Shown one piece after another: positions 39,899 to 39,952 of a stretch of DNA of 39,952 bases. The translations under genes and the position numbers were made by a program. Origin of the DNA: an uncultured Gammaproteobacteria bacterium (lineage in GTDB: Bacteria > Patescibacteriota > Microgenomatia > CAZETR01 > Amesbacteraceae); the NCBI GenBank assembly GCA_964358085.1, contig CAYHNU010000003.1:1-39952 (forward strand). The letters run 5' to 3'. The notes beneath the pieces are model-generated. The model worked only from the letters and a program-made list of their open reading frames with translations, was not told the origin of the DNA and ran no database searches. Position 1 is the stretch's first letter. The number at the start of each line of letters is the position of its first letter.

Positions 39899-39952
39899 AA
39901 AAAGAAGTTCGAGCCGACAGTTTTTGCCATGATAGATAAATCATGGCAACTA

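Overview
Gene-dense chromosomal segment, most likely from a Candidate Phyla Radiation (Patescibacteria, probably Microgenomates-like) genome. This assignment is inferred from shortened HolA/UvrC/GatB, apparently leaderless promoters and tRNA-associated endonuclease genes. The core genes are gatCAB, dnaE, rplS, ruvC, a sugar-phosphate/lower-glycolysis block (split PMM, PMM-PGI/PMI fusion, ppsA, eno, gpmI), rsmI, dedA, lexA, uvrB, uvrA, uvrC, secG and five tRNAs. Single-gene passengers sit between them, each with a distinctive DNA context: an NYN RNase behind a promoter-hairpin-U-tract, a LysM metallopeptidase between 15-bp direct repeats of the dnaE 3' end, a GIY-YIG gene between a duplicated tRNA-Lys half and the intact tRNA, a four-helix-bundle gene inside inverted 9-mer arrays, a RAYT transposase between 35-bp inverted REP ends, a hicB-hicA pair, and an HTH/LAGLIDADG-like gene ending inside tRNA-Gln. 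The most striking signal is a set of 7/9/10-nt periodic micro-arrays and palindromes written in frame into housekeeping proteins. One 33-36 nt element (peptide STMN[Y/H]EPITNN) occurs in dnaE, uvrA and uvrC. Three small Cys-rich orphan ORFs with their own promoters are also present, one missing from the ORF track. All family calls are from motif recognition only; no searches were run.
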